Shown: positions 1 through 13,138 of the stretch, piece by piece
Position numbering within the stretch: position 1 is the first letter of the stretch
How the letters are laid out: each line of letters opens with the position of its first letter
Assembly (NCBI RefSeq): GCF_001194135.2
Contig: NC_068982.1
Location: forward strand, 147,242,866-147,293,427
Direction: 5' to 3'
Origin: Octopus bimaculoides
Lineage: Eukaryota
Length of the DNA stretch: 50,562 nucleotides
The notes under the pieces: model-generated
Told to the model about the DNA's origin: nothing
Database searches by the model: none
The model's input: the letters and a program-made list of their open reading frames with translations, nothing else
Made by a program: the position numbers and the translations under genes

Positions 1-107
1 GTTAACCTTATTACAAATGCATAAATACTGAAGCTATTAGGTATATACATGGCAAGACACACACATACCAAACACAAGTGTGCACGCTCACCGTCTCCCT
101 CCTTCCT

Positions 108-179
<72 letters not shown>

Positions 180-361
180 GATGACCGCTCAAAATTCCCA
201 CTGTGATTACTCAGACTACACCGTATATTCTTTCAAAAATCTGAGACATGTTGTTAATATTGAACTGCTTCCAAATATATAAGCCCCAATACATATATTG
301 TATAATCTTTTTCTTTTATGTACCTAAATACATACATTTGATGAGCCTTACTTCGCTAAAA

Positions 362-1500
362 TTTACCACCAAATAGCAGAGATTTGAAAAAAGCATTATA
401 ACATGTTGCGCCATATTTGTGGTCTTGTTTGTGTCAGCCACGATCCGAATACTAGAAGAGTGGGAATATCTGTTTAGAGGATCACAATCTGATGGCAATA
501 CGAGGTATCCAGTGTGCAGGACTTTCATCAATGACATAAAAGTCACGCCATTAATATAAGGGATATGGTGGACCCTCAGCTAGCTTTAAAATGATGGCCG
601 CTGAGATAGCATGTCGTTATGAAATTCAGATCAAAAAAATCTGAGAGGTTAATGATCCTGAAAGGAGAATTTACCAATAATAGCATCAGCATTCAATGGT
701 CTGCAGTTTCTACAATTCTGGATGAAAAGAATCAAGTGGATTGAAAGGAGTTACAAATATATCCTGAAATATCAAATACACTATGCCCTGCCTAAACAAC
801 TGCTCCAGGACAGTTGGAAGGTTAGATTTTGGTGCTTCCTGTACAGTAACATACTCAGATTGCATTAACAGTTCTTGCTTTATATAGAGATTATGCAGTA
901 AATTCTTTCGAAGGTGGCTGGGTGTTTACCAAAATTTCCATTCAGTAAACCTATACAATAAAACATCCCAATTCTGTTTACCAGTTTCATCCGTATCGGA
1001 AGAGCTCAAGATCATTTAGGTAAAAGCAGTTGGAGCATTGTTACTGAGGATGAGACATACAAGACTATACAGAACAGCAGGAAGTGGCAGCTCCAGAGAG
1101 CTTTGCAGGAATCGGAAACATATTGGAAGAACCAGAAAATTGTTGAACAAGTCTTTCAGAGTTCTCAATTTGGCAACTACAGCACAAAAGGATAGGAAAA
1201 ATTTAATGCTTGGGACAAAAGAGAGCTCATAGGGCAGAGGAAAATCTCCATGTAAAAGTGAAATTACTTGCCTGCGAGTGTAGAAGAGTATGTTTGTCTG
1301 GAAGTTCTAGGAATGTATTTTTTTTCTCTTTGGCTTTGTTTTCATCGAATATTTAAAGTTTGAAATGAAGAGAAAATACAGAAACGAGAGGGTGATGCTC
1401 TGCTCAATTGAATTTATTGCATTGAAAAGTAAGCAAAAGGGTAAGAGCGGACAAGGCTGAGGAGAGCGGACAAAGCTGCGTTCAAGATGACCTTAGAATT
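362..1500 (+). mobile_element. Decayed Hero-like (R2 superfamily) non-LTR retrotransposon: RT core to post-RT region plus a short restriction-like endonuclease remnant
   Basis: From 362 the frame reads FTTK*QRFEKSIITCCAIFVVLFVSA...FRGSQSDGNTRYPVCRTFINDIKVT, matching the recalled Hero-type WQRLEKGIITGCTISVILF...CRG...PPIRAFMDDLTVT. Then RMKFRSKKSERLMILKG and SRKWQLQRALQESE (cf. RTGRKWRAQEAV). Many stops and frameshifts. Confidence 0.75.
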
Positions 1501-2649
1501 TTAGGATCATTTCTCACATTTTTCCGGAACAAACCTTACCCATAGATAACATACGTGTAAATCAAGCACTTAAATAATGCGCCCTCAAATCAAACAAATA
1601 CAATATTATGTGTGTGTGTGTGCATACATACACACATGCATACATACATGTATACATACATACGTATTTGCATGCATAAATACATATATGTAAGCGTGTG
1701 TGTATGTATATCTATATGAACATATATATGCATCTATATGTATATATGACTATATGTATGAGTGTGTATCAAGTTACGAATTATGTTCGAAATAGAAATG
1801 CTTATGCAATATCGGATATACGTTCGATCAGCTATTGTTGGTAGTTCTATATAACTAATTAAAAATTAAGTATAACTATGACAAAAAGTCTAAAAGAAAT
1901 GAAGAAAAAAGGGAAATCCAAAATGAAAACACGCACACACGTATACACACGCATACACACGCATACACACACATACATACATGTTAAAATACACATACGC
2001 ACATACGAAGACACATATACACATATATAGAGAGAGTGTGTGTGTCTGTATATATACGTGGTGAGGAAATGTAAAAAGGGAAAGTTGCTTGGGCGAGAGA
2101 AAGACAAAGAACCATAGAATGAGAAAAGGAGTGGGGCCCAAATGTGTGATATAGCTGTTGTCAGACTTGTTGATGTATTCCTTCTTTATTTAGACAGAGG
2201 ATTGAGTACATGTCTTAATAGGTCAGAAGTTTTACTTAATGTTTTAGTAATGTACTTGAAGCTAAAGGTGCATGCTAAGGTCATATGTCAGAAGGTCAAG
2301 AGATCGCAGTTCCTCATTGAAGAATGCTGACAGAAAGAAAGAGAGAAAGAGAGAGCGCGGGAGTATGTGTGAGAGAGAGAGAGAGAGACTTTCATGATGC
2401 CTCGGGATAACCAAAAAGAGATTTGAAAAGATATGTAAGATGATGCCGTCACAGGTTGTATACTGCCGACGGTAGTGAAATCCTCGTATTAGTAGCAAGG
2501 GAGGAGGTGAGAAGAATCGTTGACAAGTCTTCTGCTTACTTTATTACATTCAATGGTCTCACTTTAATTTATGCAAACCTCTCAAACACTGTGTTGCAAC
2601 ATACATACAGATGAACTGAGCATGTTTTCCCCAATCTCATCTCCCTCTT

Positions 2650-2856
<207 letters not shown>

Positions 2857-4083
2857 TTATATAGATAAATGTGTGTGTATATATGTGTATGTGCATGTAT
2901 GTATGTATGTATATATGTATACAATACTAATTGTCCGCACAAGTAGCAGTATAAAGGAAATAGAAGTTGAGAATGTAATGAGAGTGTATGAGAAAGTTCT
3001 TTATATTAAGAATTATTAATTGATTTTCATACTTATATGACTTTTCAAAAGTGTAAGATTTAAGGTACGTGGAACAGTGTGGCAAACAAAATGTTGTTCT
3101 AGAATTTCTTTATTCTTTTTATAAAAATGAAAGAATTTTTGCACGTCAGCCGGTAATGTTATTGTTTACTACAGAGCTCCACATCCCTGAAATCTGAAGC
3201 TTTCGAAAATCATTCAAAAGTGAAACCAATTACATTTATTAATATTAATATTACTAGATCATCCTATACAGAATCACTGCTTTTTCACTCCTCTTCCTTC
3301 CAATATAAATCCACATGCAGGCAAGAGAATATATTATTACCAATACGCCTGGTGTTAAAACACCTGGAAGTCATAGAGATAACTCGCACCCGGTACCGTT
3401 ACAGGTGGGGTAGACATTAATGTTTCGTCATTTTCGTGACTTGTAAATACCACACACTCGATACGAGGCCAGATGCAAGCTGAGTCATTGTCTATGTTTA
3501 TATGTAAGATGGTGTAAGAAACGTGTGCTGGAATGTCCCAATGTTTCGTACCACGGAAAAATTCAAATATGAATGAGAAGCAGCCGAAAGATATAAACAA
3601 TATCGAACACACATACACAAGCTATGTTATTTGTCAGTTCATAGGTAGGCTGCGATTTATAGGCATACGAGAATATATCTTAATCAGTTCGTCCGGTGTT
3701 AAGTCATCTTCAAGTCATAGACAAGCGATATAACTCGCATCTGCTCCCATTACAGAAGCACTTGTCAATATCCCTTGCCACGTTTGTCTATGATTTCCAT
3801 TTGTTTGAATACCAGGCGAATTGATAAGAATCTATTTTCTTAGGACTATAAATCGAAGCCTTCTCAAGAACACTGGCAAAACACATACCTTGTGTATATG
3901 TTATATATAAATATATATACATATAGACATATTTCTAAAATCTTAGGAAATGATAAATATTCCAGGTTATCAGGACATTTTCTATTTTACACTTTATTAA
4001 TGCAATGCAAACAGTATCATTTATAATATTATTGCAAATTTTGGATTTGGAGTTCTATTGGTAAAATCCCAAATTTGTAATAA

Positions 4084-4196
<113 letters not shown>

Positions 4197-4198
4197 AT

Positions 4199-4760
4199 AT
4201 GGTTGGGGAGGAGCAAACAGTAAATCATATTGTGCCTGGTTACCTAGTCCTGGCGAAAAAGGAATACATCTATAGACATGAATGTTGGGACTTAAATACG
4301 CTGGAAGCTGCGGCAGCTTTCCGGAACGACAACAAGAAAAAAACATGGAATAAGCATATTCCAGGTCTCGAAAAAGGACAAAGCAATCATACTCTGGGAT
4401 ATGCCAATACACACAGAGAGATCAAGGTTAAAATGTCAGATATTGTTATCAGGGCGCAGCAAGAAAAAGGTTGCCTCCTAAATGAAATATTAGTCCCAGC
4501 AGATGACAATATATCTGAAAGACATAGAGAAATTCTCAAAATACAAAAGACAAAGATCTAGAAACAGAGAGAACCTGAATGTGAGGCATGTGGACAGAAA
4601 TAATCCCTATAATAATATGTACATTAGGCATGACTAAAAAGAAAATACGGACAAATATATGGAAACATCAGGAAGTAAGAATATATATATGACATACTGA
4701 AAACAGCATTTCCTAACACCGCACATTTCTATGCAAAGAACTTGCAATACAGTCACAATA
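4199..4760 (+). mobile_element. 3' fragment of an R4/Dong-like non-LTR retrotransposon (zinc-knuckle remnant plus restriction-like endonuclease)
   Basis: EQTVNHIVPGYLVLAKKEYIYRH (cf. ETVxHIxSGCxxLAxxEYxxRH); EIKVKMSDIVIRAQQEKGCLLNEILVPADDNIS (cf. IxANRPDIV...IDISVPxDxNI); C-terminal TAH-like motif near 4720. Begins directly after a (TA)n(GATA)n array. Confidence 0.8.
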
Positions 4761-4859
4761 ACAACACTGAAACAAACCACAGCACACACCCAAGGTACAT
4801 AGAGCTGCGCTCTGTAGTAAAATGAGAGCACGTAACAAAACAGAACTAATGAATGACAT

Positions 4860-5030
4860 TAGTTTACAATTTTAGCAGAAGGTTAGCAATCTCGGAGTGG
4901 GGGGGGGAGTCAAGTGCATTGGCCCCAGTGTTCAACTGGTATTTACTTCATCGAGACTTCAATAGGAGAATCACAAAGCCGACCTAGGCGGAATTTAAAC
5001 TCATAACGTAAAGTTTTAAGAAATACTACT
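4860..5030 (-). mobile_element. Diverged tRNA-derived SINE (same family as 13139-13350)
   Basis: Reverse complement shows gagtttaaattccgcctaggtcggctttg...gatgaagtaaataccagttgaacactggggcc, collinear with the 13139 copy. Confidence 0.6.
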
Positions 5031-5190
5031 TAGTGAATATGCAAATAAGGCTCCTATTCCATTATGCTAGCTACAATCTAATGATGCTTACTGGTGAATC
5101 AGCTTTGGGGGGTTGCACCGAGTTGTACCAATATAATGTAGGATAAATATAGTAATAATAACAATAATCATTGGATTGGATTTATAAATA

Positions 5191-5398
5191 CCTTACTGCG
5201 TCGCTTCGCGCGTTTCCACAAATCACATGTCTCTTAAGATCACAGTCCGTATTCCTGAGATGATTAAGTGTAGTCCGTAGTATCCGTGAGTATCCAATGC
5301 CACTGATACAACGGACTACACTGTAATCATCCCAGGAATACGGACTGTGATCTAAAGAGACAAGTGATATGTGGAAGCGCGCGTAGCGCTGCATTAGG
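5191..5398. repeat. Foldback element: arms of about 92 bp (5191-5284 and 5305-5398) around a 20-nt spacer
   Basis: Left arm ...tttccacaaatcacatgtctcttaagatcacagtccgtattcctgagatgatta... is the reverse complement of right arm ...taatcatcccaggaatacggactgtgatctaaagagacaagtgatatgtggaa..., with scattered mismatches. Confidence 0.9.
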
Positions 5399-5409
5399 AT
5401 AGATAGGGG

Positions 5410-5665
5410 CAGAGAGTGGTACATATAACGCTCGAAAATACTTCATATAGCTTGCGCAAGGAACACATAAAAACGTTTTTTATCCTGGAAAAAGGTGAAG
5501 AACTTCTCTGAGGGGCAGGAGCTTATAAAAGACGTATGAAATGTAATCGTTGCCTCTCAGAGAAGTTCATCTTGTTCCAGCATAAAAAGGCTTTGAACCA
5601 GAGAAGCAAGCTCTTAAATTTCTGCAGGGACGCCACAGAATTTAAAATGTCAACCGACGAAATAC
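5410..5665 (+). mobile_element. Penelope-like element (PLE) GIY-YIG endonuclease C-terminal fragment
   Basis: GAYKRRMKCNRCLSEKFILFQHKKALNQRSKLLNFCRDATEFKM matches the recalled PLE pattern AxxYxxxxKxCxLCLxEKxxI...LNxRxELxxxCRH. Confidence 0.75.
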
Positions 5666-6525
5666 AGTATGGGTAAAATGTTTTGACTTACGAATTTTTT
5701 TTTTTTTTTTCTGACTGTCGCATTTGAATTTGGCTTTACACGGTATAGTTATTTTGCATCGCAACGCTAATGTATATTGCGACTTTATTTTTTTGAAAGC
5801 CTTCGACTGTTCTATAAATTTAATTTTAAGCTTCTCCGAGGTTTATTGTTATTTTTATTATTTTTATCACGTATTTTACTCACGTATTTAATTATGTTAC
5901 ATCAAATAAATATAGTTTCTTATTTTAGATTTTAATACTATTCACATATATACGTTATGGTGTAGATATGTCTCTATATATTTATGTGTATGTATGTATT
6001 GTAGATATGTATATATATATATGTATCTATATGCATGTATGTGTGTGTACGTATACATATGCGTGTGTATATATATATGTGTATGTATGTATGTATGTAT
6101 ACGTATATATGCATACATATATAAAAGTGTATGTAAATGTGTGTATAATTTTATATACGTGAGCATGTATTTGCGTATGTATTTTTGTATACTTGATTGC
6201 GTATCAATATGAGTGCATATTTATATATATATTTATACTTATGTAGATATACATGTAATTTTATGTGTAGGGTTTTATGTGTCCGTTTTTATCAGATGAT
6301 TTTATACCGAATTTTGTTCAATGCATGCAACCGGTATTGTAAAGACCGTTAGTTGAAAGGACCAATGAAACAAAACCATTTTCAAATGTGTATCCATTAA
6401 ACTAATTGTATACGTTTGCTTATCTCCTTATTTTTGTTCCATTCTAAACAAAACTGTCCGACGAACGGGAAGGCGAAACTCTGAGTATATATGTATATGT
6501 GTGTGTGTATATATATACGTACATA

Positions 6526-6577
<52 letters not shown>

Positions 6578-7776
6578 TATGTATATATATATATTTATAT
6601 ATCCACACACACACACACAAACGTCCATATATACATGCATATACATCTATATACATATATATACATATATATCTATATATACATACATAAATACATACAT
6701 GCATATATACAGACAAACAGACAGACAGATAGATAGATAGATAGATAGATAAATAATTTTAACTGTGCATTCATGTGAAGAATGGAGCCTATTCACGCAG
6801 ACCTACACACAGATACACCGACGATACACACACGCACGCACACGCACGCACATGAACGCACACGCGCACAAATACTAGTACACACGGGCTCACACACAAA
6901 ATCTCACGCACGTACGCATGAACTCACGCACACATAAACTTGTGTTTCCCTGGAACTATATATGTAAAACTGAGTTGTGCGAAGATGTCTGCTATTTTAA
7001 TGAATATGATTATAAGTTTATTTAAATGTGTATGTTGTAACAATTATTTCAATGTTTTGCACTAAATGAATTAAGTATCTATGATTGTTATCTTCATCTT
7101 CTTTCAATTTATGCATTTATTTGTTGTATCTAAAAGAGTGAAAAGACAAGTATAGCCTGTGATATTTTAAATGCATTAAATCTTATTCAGTAAAAAGGAC
7201 CCTCGAGTTTCTCTTAGATGTTGTTCCCCCTTGTTTGTTATTTCTCCCTCACTCTTTCTACAACTCTCTCTTCTTCTCTCACTCTCCTCTCACACACACA
7301 CACACTTCATTCGACTCTTTAAAAGGACACTTATGGTCCAAATGCTCTTGACATTGTGGTTTGTCGTGCACTGTTCTTTGTATAATAACAGCGCCGGCCT
7401 TCTACAGCCAAGTGCTGTGTTTACAAAAGACTCTTTAGGACAAGGGCGGTGATTCTGTATAGTTGACACATCCGACTAATAAACTACGAGAACCCCCCCA
7501 CCATTGTACAAGCCTCCCTTTAACGTAACACAGAAACATATTTTTCTGTTTTTTTTTTATTTTTCTTTAATTTATTTATTTATTTATCTTTTGGAAATAG
7601 TGTTTTAAAAATATATAGATGAGTAGGATAAAAGAAGATGAAGAAAGGGAAACGTGTGATCGTAGAAAAAGAGGATAGAATGATAGAAAATTTAAGATTA
7701 ATGAAAAACATAAAAGAAGCGTAGTATATCACTTGTATGTCTATATATCTTGTGCGTGTGTTTATGTGTAAATGTG

Positions 7777-7843
<67 letters not shown>

Positions 7844-7870
7844 CTGTGTGTGTCTGTGTGTGTGTGTGTG

Positions 7871-8066
7871 CTTGTCTCTCCATCGTCGCTTAACAACCGA
7901 TGTTGGTGTGTTTATGTCTCCGTAACTTAGCGGTTCGGCAAAAGACCGACAGAATAAGTACTAGGCTTACAAAGAATAAGTCCTGGAATCGACATGTTCG
8001 ACTAAAGAGGCGGTGTTCCAGCATGACCGCAGTCAAGTAACTGAAACAAATAAAAGAATAAAAGAA
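7871..8066 (+). mobile_element. 3' half of a tRNA-derived SINE with a central microsatellite (family of the 46847 copy)
   Basis: acaaccgatgttggtgtgtttatgtctccgtaacttagcggttcggcaaaagaccga...aagtactaggcttacaaagaataagtcc...aaaagaata tail. Near-identical to 15957-16054 and preceded by (TA)n(TG)n. Link to the 46847 family is from recall. Confidence 0.75.
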
Positions 8067-8087
8067 TATATATATNNNNNNNNNNNN

Positions 8088-8294
8088 AAAAGATAATAAG
8101 AGTGACAAACTACAGAAGGCTTGTGTTACATGGTTAAAGTATATATTCAAATTATGTCAGAAAAATGTTATAAATTTTTTTTGGGTATATAAACATTTTA
8201 TAACATTTTATAACATTTTTCTGACATAATTTAAATATATACTTTGACCATGTAACACAAGCCTTCTGTAGTTTTTTCAATCTTATTATCTTTT
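8088..8294. repeat. Inverted repeat with arms of about 87 bp (8088-8174 and 8207-8294), next to an assembly gap
   Basis: aaaagataataagagtgacaaactacagaaggcttgtgttacatggttaaagtatatattcaaattatgtcagaaaaatgttataaa and its reverse complement, differing at few positions. Confidence 0.85.
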
Positions 8295-8693
8295 ATACAT
8301 CCAACCACGTGCTTTCACATATATATATACATATATCTATATATATGTGGATATATTTATATAGTAGGACTATACCTCTTCATATGTTTAAATATATTTT
8401 TCATATATTTTTATAGATTTTCATAATCTGACGAACATATATTTTTAATATTTTTGGTGTGTCTGTAATATTGAAATTTTTAGTATTGTCTGGGTATTGA
8501 GCTTTCTAATTAGATACATTAAATATATTTTATTTCCTCCTTTTGGTTTGGTTTATATTCTATGTTTTCGAATTGTTGAACCTGCCTGATTTCTCATCTT
8601 TATTTAGAAACATATTTATATGTGTATATATATGTTTATGTAAGTATGTATGTATGTATGTATGTATGTATGTATATATATATATATATATAT

Positions 8694-9634
8694 NNNNNNN
8701 NNNNNNNNNNNNNNNNNNNNNNNNNNNNNNNNNNNNNNNNNNNNNNNNNNNNNNNNNNNNNNNNNNNNNNNNNNNNNNNNNNNNNNNNNNNNNNNNNNNN
8801 NNNNNNNNNNNNNNNNNNNNNNNNNNNNNNNNNNNNNNNNNNNNNNNNNNNNNNNNNNNNNNNNNNNNNNNNNNNNNNNNNNNNNNNNNNNNNNNNNNNN
8901 NNNNNNNNNNNNNNNNNNNNNNNNNNNNNNNNNNNNNNNNNNNNNNNNNNNNNNNNNNNNNNNNNNNNNNNNNNNNNNNNNNNNNNNNNNNNNNNNNNNN
9001 NNNNNNNNNNNNNNNNNNNNNNNNNNNNNNNNNNNNNNNNNNNNNNNNNNNNNNNNNNNNNNNNNNNNNNNNNNNNNNNNNNNNNNNNNNNNNNNNNNNN
9101 NNNNNNNNNNNNNNNNNNNNNNNNNNNNNNNNNNNNNNNNNNNNNNNNNNNNNNNNNNNNNNNNNNNNNNNNNNNNNNNNNNNNNNNNNNNNNNNNNNNN
9201 NNNNNNNNNNNNNNNNNNNNNNNNNNNNNNNNNNNNNNNNNNNNNNNNNNNNNNNNNNNNNNNNNNNNNNNNNNNNNNNNNNNNNNNNNNNNNNNNNNNN
9301 NNNNNNNNNNNNNNNNNNNNNNNNNNNNNNNNNNNNNNNNNNNNNNNNNNNNNNNNNNNNNNNNNNNNNNNNNNNNNNNNNNNNNNNNNNNNNNNNNNNN
9401 NNNNNNNNNNNNNNNNNNNNNNNNNNNNNNNNNNNNNNNNNNNNNNNNNNNNNNNNNNNNNNNNNNNNNNNNNNNNNNNNNNNNNNNNNNNNNNNNNNNN
9501 NNNNNNNNNNNNNNNNNNNNNNNNNNNNNNNNNNNNNNNNNNNNNNNNNNNNNNNNNNNNNNNNNNNNNNNNNNNNNNNNNNNNNNNNNNNNNNNNNNNN
9601 NNNNNNNNNNNNNNNNNNNNNNNNNNNNNNNNNN
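8694..9634. other. Assembly gap (largest N run)
   Basis: N runs at 8076-8087, 8694-9634, 10274-10329, 11989-11998, 16327-16741, 18271-18496, 23613-23967, 37955-38233 and 43679-44335, nearly all flanked by microsatellites. Confidence 0.99.
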
Positions 9635-9800
9635 CAGAGCGTATCACGATCTACCAAATACTTCTTTGGCTGTCTGGTTGAATACGTTATCGAAGTTTTT
9701 CCATTTCCGTTCTACGTCAATATCTTCTGGAATCGTTTCAAGCAAGGCAAATTTATTCTTTAGTTCCATAATGAACCCACTGTTGATACGTTGATACACA
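9635..9800 (-). mobile_element. RTE-like LINE fragment (linker between endonuclease and RT)
   Basis: GFIMELKNKFALLETIPEDIDVERKWKNFDNVFNQTAKEVFG resembles the RTE pattern FxxELxNRFxxL...ExxWxxxK...AxEVLG. The remainder is lost in the gap. Confidence 0.6.
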
Positions 9801-11733
9801 TTTCGACATTTGACATGTGGCACTCAGATGCACCTGTACAGGCAATGCCGATTTGATGGAAGGAGGGAGCTATTGCCTACACAAACATTTGTTCACTATA
9901 AATAAATCATGTGTGTGGTTGTTCGGTAAAAAAATGTCGAACCATCATACGTCGTCTAATGACAGGAGAATCCATTATTATTATATATATATATATATAT
10001 ATATATGGGATGTAGTCGCAAGAGACGGAGTACGGTTTTTTGTTGTTTCTTTCCTGGTGAAGAAGCATTGTAGATGCAGCAGGAACAAAACTTCATTCAT
10101 CCATGCAAGCATATCCTCCGCTCCTACACTACATTCATGTGTACAACCATCGACGAATCCACATTTGATTAATTGTCATTATCAAATTTCAGTGTCTTAT
10201 ATGTATACATGTATGCATTTATCATTGTTTGCACACACACACAGACACACACACACACACACACACACACACANNNNNNNNNNNNNNNNNNNNNNNNNNN
10301 NNNNNNNNNNNNNNNNNNNNNNNNNNNNNATATATATATATATATACACACATATATATGTCTGTAAGCATATATACAGGCTTGTATTCGTAAATGCTAG
10401 ATGACAAAGGATGAAAACTCAAACTTCTCAAATTATGATGAGGGTAACAGTGATGGTGGAAAAGATAAACGGTTCACACTTAGAACTCTGAACGACGGGA
10501 GTTCTTCAATATAATGCTTTGCACTTTCAAGTACAGTTTGCACTGCTACTAAGGTTTGCGAATTTTCAGTACTTTTCAACTCATGTCGTAATGTGAGGCG
10601 TTTTCCTTTAAATTATCATACATGTCTTGCCAGGGTTGTAACATTACGTCTTCCTTTGATGTTCAAGGAGGACTTGTGGTAGTGAGACCTGGTTATGAAA
10701 AGGCCGTCCGTTGCACTTATTTATTTCTGTATTTTCGTCATTCAAATGAGATTCTTCAACACTCCCTGTGCCTCGTATTGCCAGTTTTAGTATTATGTTG
10801 CTCATTCATTGTTGACCTCTGAGTTAAGTTTGGGCGTATTTGCTTATATTTTGTTTATGCTAGGTGCAGCACTAAAAGAGGCCCTCAAAATATACATATT
10901 AAAGATTTCTCAGTAACTATATGTCTGTGGTAAATAATTATCATGCCTACACAAGTTTGTTATCATACGAAAAAATAGGAGTGTAAACTATATAACCTCA
11001 CGGTGGCATTTTCTCTCTTGCTTTGGTTAGGATCAGGCATGTAACCAAGCTTATCTTTCATATCACTGGCAACCAAGGCCTCATTCTAAGACTGGGCCGC
11101 GGCGTCAAAGATTTCCTTGTCCTAAGATAGATTGAGACTCTCCTTCTGAACTGACTTCACCAGGATCCCAAAATCTATGGCTGGATGGCAGAAAGATTTA
11201 TTAACATGTCATACTCATATTTGGTTTACGTAAAATAATCTACGTGCCAGAGTCTCGGTTAAATTCACTCTCCTTCACTTTACTCCGATGGACTGGCTAC
11301 GCCGACTTTTCTTCATTTCATTTTGGTCTCTTCTGTGTGCTTTCATTCACGAATTTCGGTCCGGTTTTTACAAAATATCAAAACACATCCACCAGACCTG
11401 ATGCATTCAGGTCGCTATTGACAAAGATCCCAAGCCTAACTATTCCATACAGCCACTTCTAATGAATGGTGGATTTGTTTCCTCTCTGCTATGAAACCAT
11501 TTGCTTATTTGGGTATCAAGAGCTATAATGTTGTATAAACGATAAAAATAATAACATACTAGTCTGTTACTTATATATGACTGCCTGCTTCATTTCTGGC
11601 TCACAAAATTTCCGGTCAACTATATGTATATGCATACATACATGCATACATACATACATACATGTATGCTTAAATACATATGTATGCACTCACATACACA
11701 CACATACAACGCTCATCTATATGCATATATAGA

Positions 11734-11766
<33 letters not shown>

Positions 11767-11949
11767 GCTTTGCGTATATATATATATGTGTGTGTGTGTG
11801 TGTATAAGTACGTATGTATATTTATCTATGTATATATGTACATACATACATATATTTTTTATACTGAGTGTGTGTAAACACACATATTGTATATCTATAT
11901 ATATAGTGCGTGTGGGTGTGTAGGTGTGGGTTGGTGTGTGTGTGTGTGG

Positions 11950-11980
<31 letters not shown>

Positions 11981-12959
11981 TGTGTGTGNNNNNNNNNNGG
12001 GGGGGGGGTGCGCGCGTGCGCTCGCTCACACTTTGTATGTAATGATGGTAATGATCTGACGTTACTTCCCGACAGATGGTTTTAAATATGGTTAGATATC
12101 CGAGCAGATTTGGCTGACCGAGCCGTGTATTGTAGCGTTGTTACTTTAGCCACACCTGAAACATTAGTGGTAAGTAGCAGGGGTCCCCAGCAACTCCATT
12201 GTAAAACATGGCTGTCTGTTATGTTACCGACAAATCGGGCACCCTGCAATGTGCAACTTTTGCTCTATAGTGGTAAAGGGAGAAACAGAAAAAGGAGATA
12301 GTCAGGAAAAAAAAAGGAGATAGAAAGAGAGAGACAGAGTTAAAGAGAAGCATGTAGAAAGAGTGATGCCGAAGAAAAGAAAAAGAAAGACAGTATAATG
12401 GAAAGAAAAGGCAAAACTTTCAAAAGTATAATATATACAGACATGACATACACGCAGACATATACGAAAATTACTCACAAAAAGCTAGCAAGAGTGACAA
12501 CAATAGCAACAGCAACAATATTAGCAACAAACACTCACAGACATACATAAAACGAACAGCTTATACACTACTGAGAATAACAATAACAGCTATATATATT
12601 TGGGGTGTAGGAAACTTGAGGACGGCTCATAGTCACGTTGGTCTTTTGTGGATAAAATAACCAGCACTCAACATGCACTCAACTTCTACATTTATTGTTT
12701 TTGCCATACTTTCTTGGAAAAAAAAAAAAAGCACCGTTCTTTTGCCAACAGGCATTGTGTTTGCGTTATCTGCACAACAGAAACCATATTAATAGGCCTG
12801 TGTTGGCCTACTTGCTCCCGTGTGTCTTGTTAAATTTAGTGCTGTTATTTTTATTTATATATTTATTTCATTCACATTTTTATTTTTCCCCTGCTTTATT
12901 TAGACGCTTTATTTCGATGTATTTTTCTTATTATTTCTCTATTAATGAATTTATGTATT

Positions 12960-13110
12960 TGAACAGTGGTGGCGATTTACGTCCCATTACTCTTATGAGT
13001 TCAGATACCTCTGAGATCAAATTTACCTTGTATTTTCTGTGTAGCTCGATGAAATATAGTAACAGTCAAGTCCATGGTCGATTTCAATGACTAAACCCTT
13101 CATTGAAATT
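12960..13110 (+). mobile_element. Old, diverged SINE copy of the 13139 family
   Basis: gagttcagatacctctgagatcaaatttaccttg...gatgaaatatagtaacag...ggtcgatttcaatgact is collinear with the younger copy that follows. Confidence 0.5.
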
Positions 13111-13138
13111 ATTACTATCATTATTGATAATAAAGCGA

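Noticed and set aside
3368-3760. About 35-bp imperfect direct repeat (aagtcataga...ataactcgca...ttacag) near 3368 and 3714
   Set aside because: Short, gapped and only two copies; cannot be told from chance or an old repeat remnant. Not a CRISPR-like array.
5942-6740. YI/HT/CV-rich ORFs here and throughout the window
   Set aside because: Translations of TA, CA and TACA microsatellites.
8543-9794. Long track ORFs spanning N runs (also 16264-16833, 18078-18624, 23375-24103, 37949-38533, 43538-44499)
   Set aside because: Their length comes from untranslatable gaps and flanking microsatellites; no coding evidence.
10620-11460. Relatively GC-richer non-microsatellite stretch that might be an exon or LINE fragment
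   Set aside because: The frames translated by eye gave no motif I could recognise; needs a translated database search.
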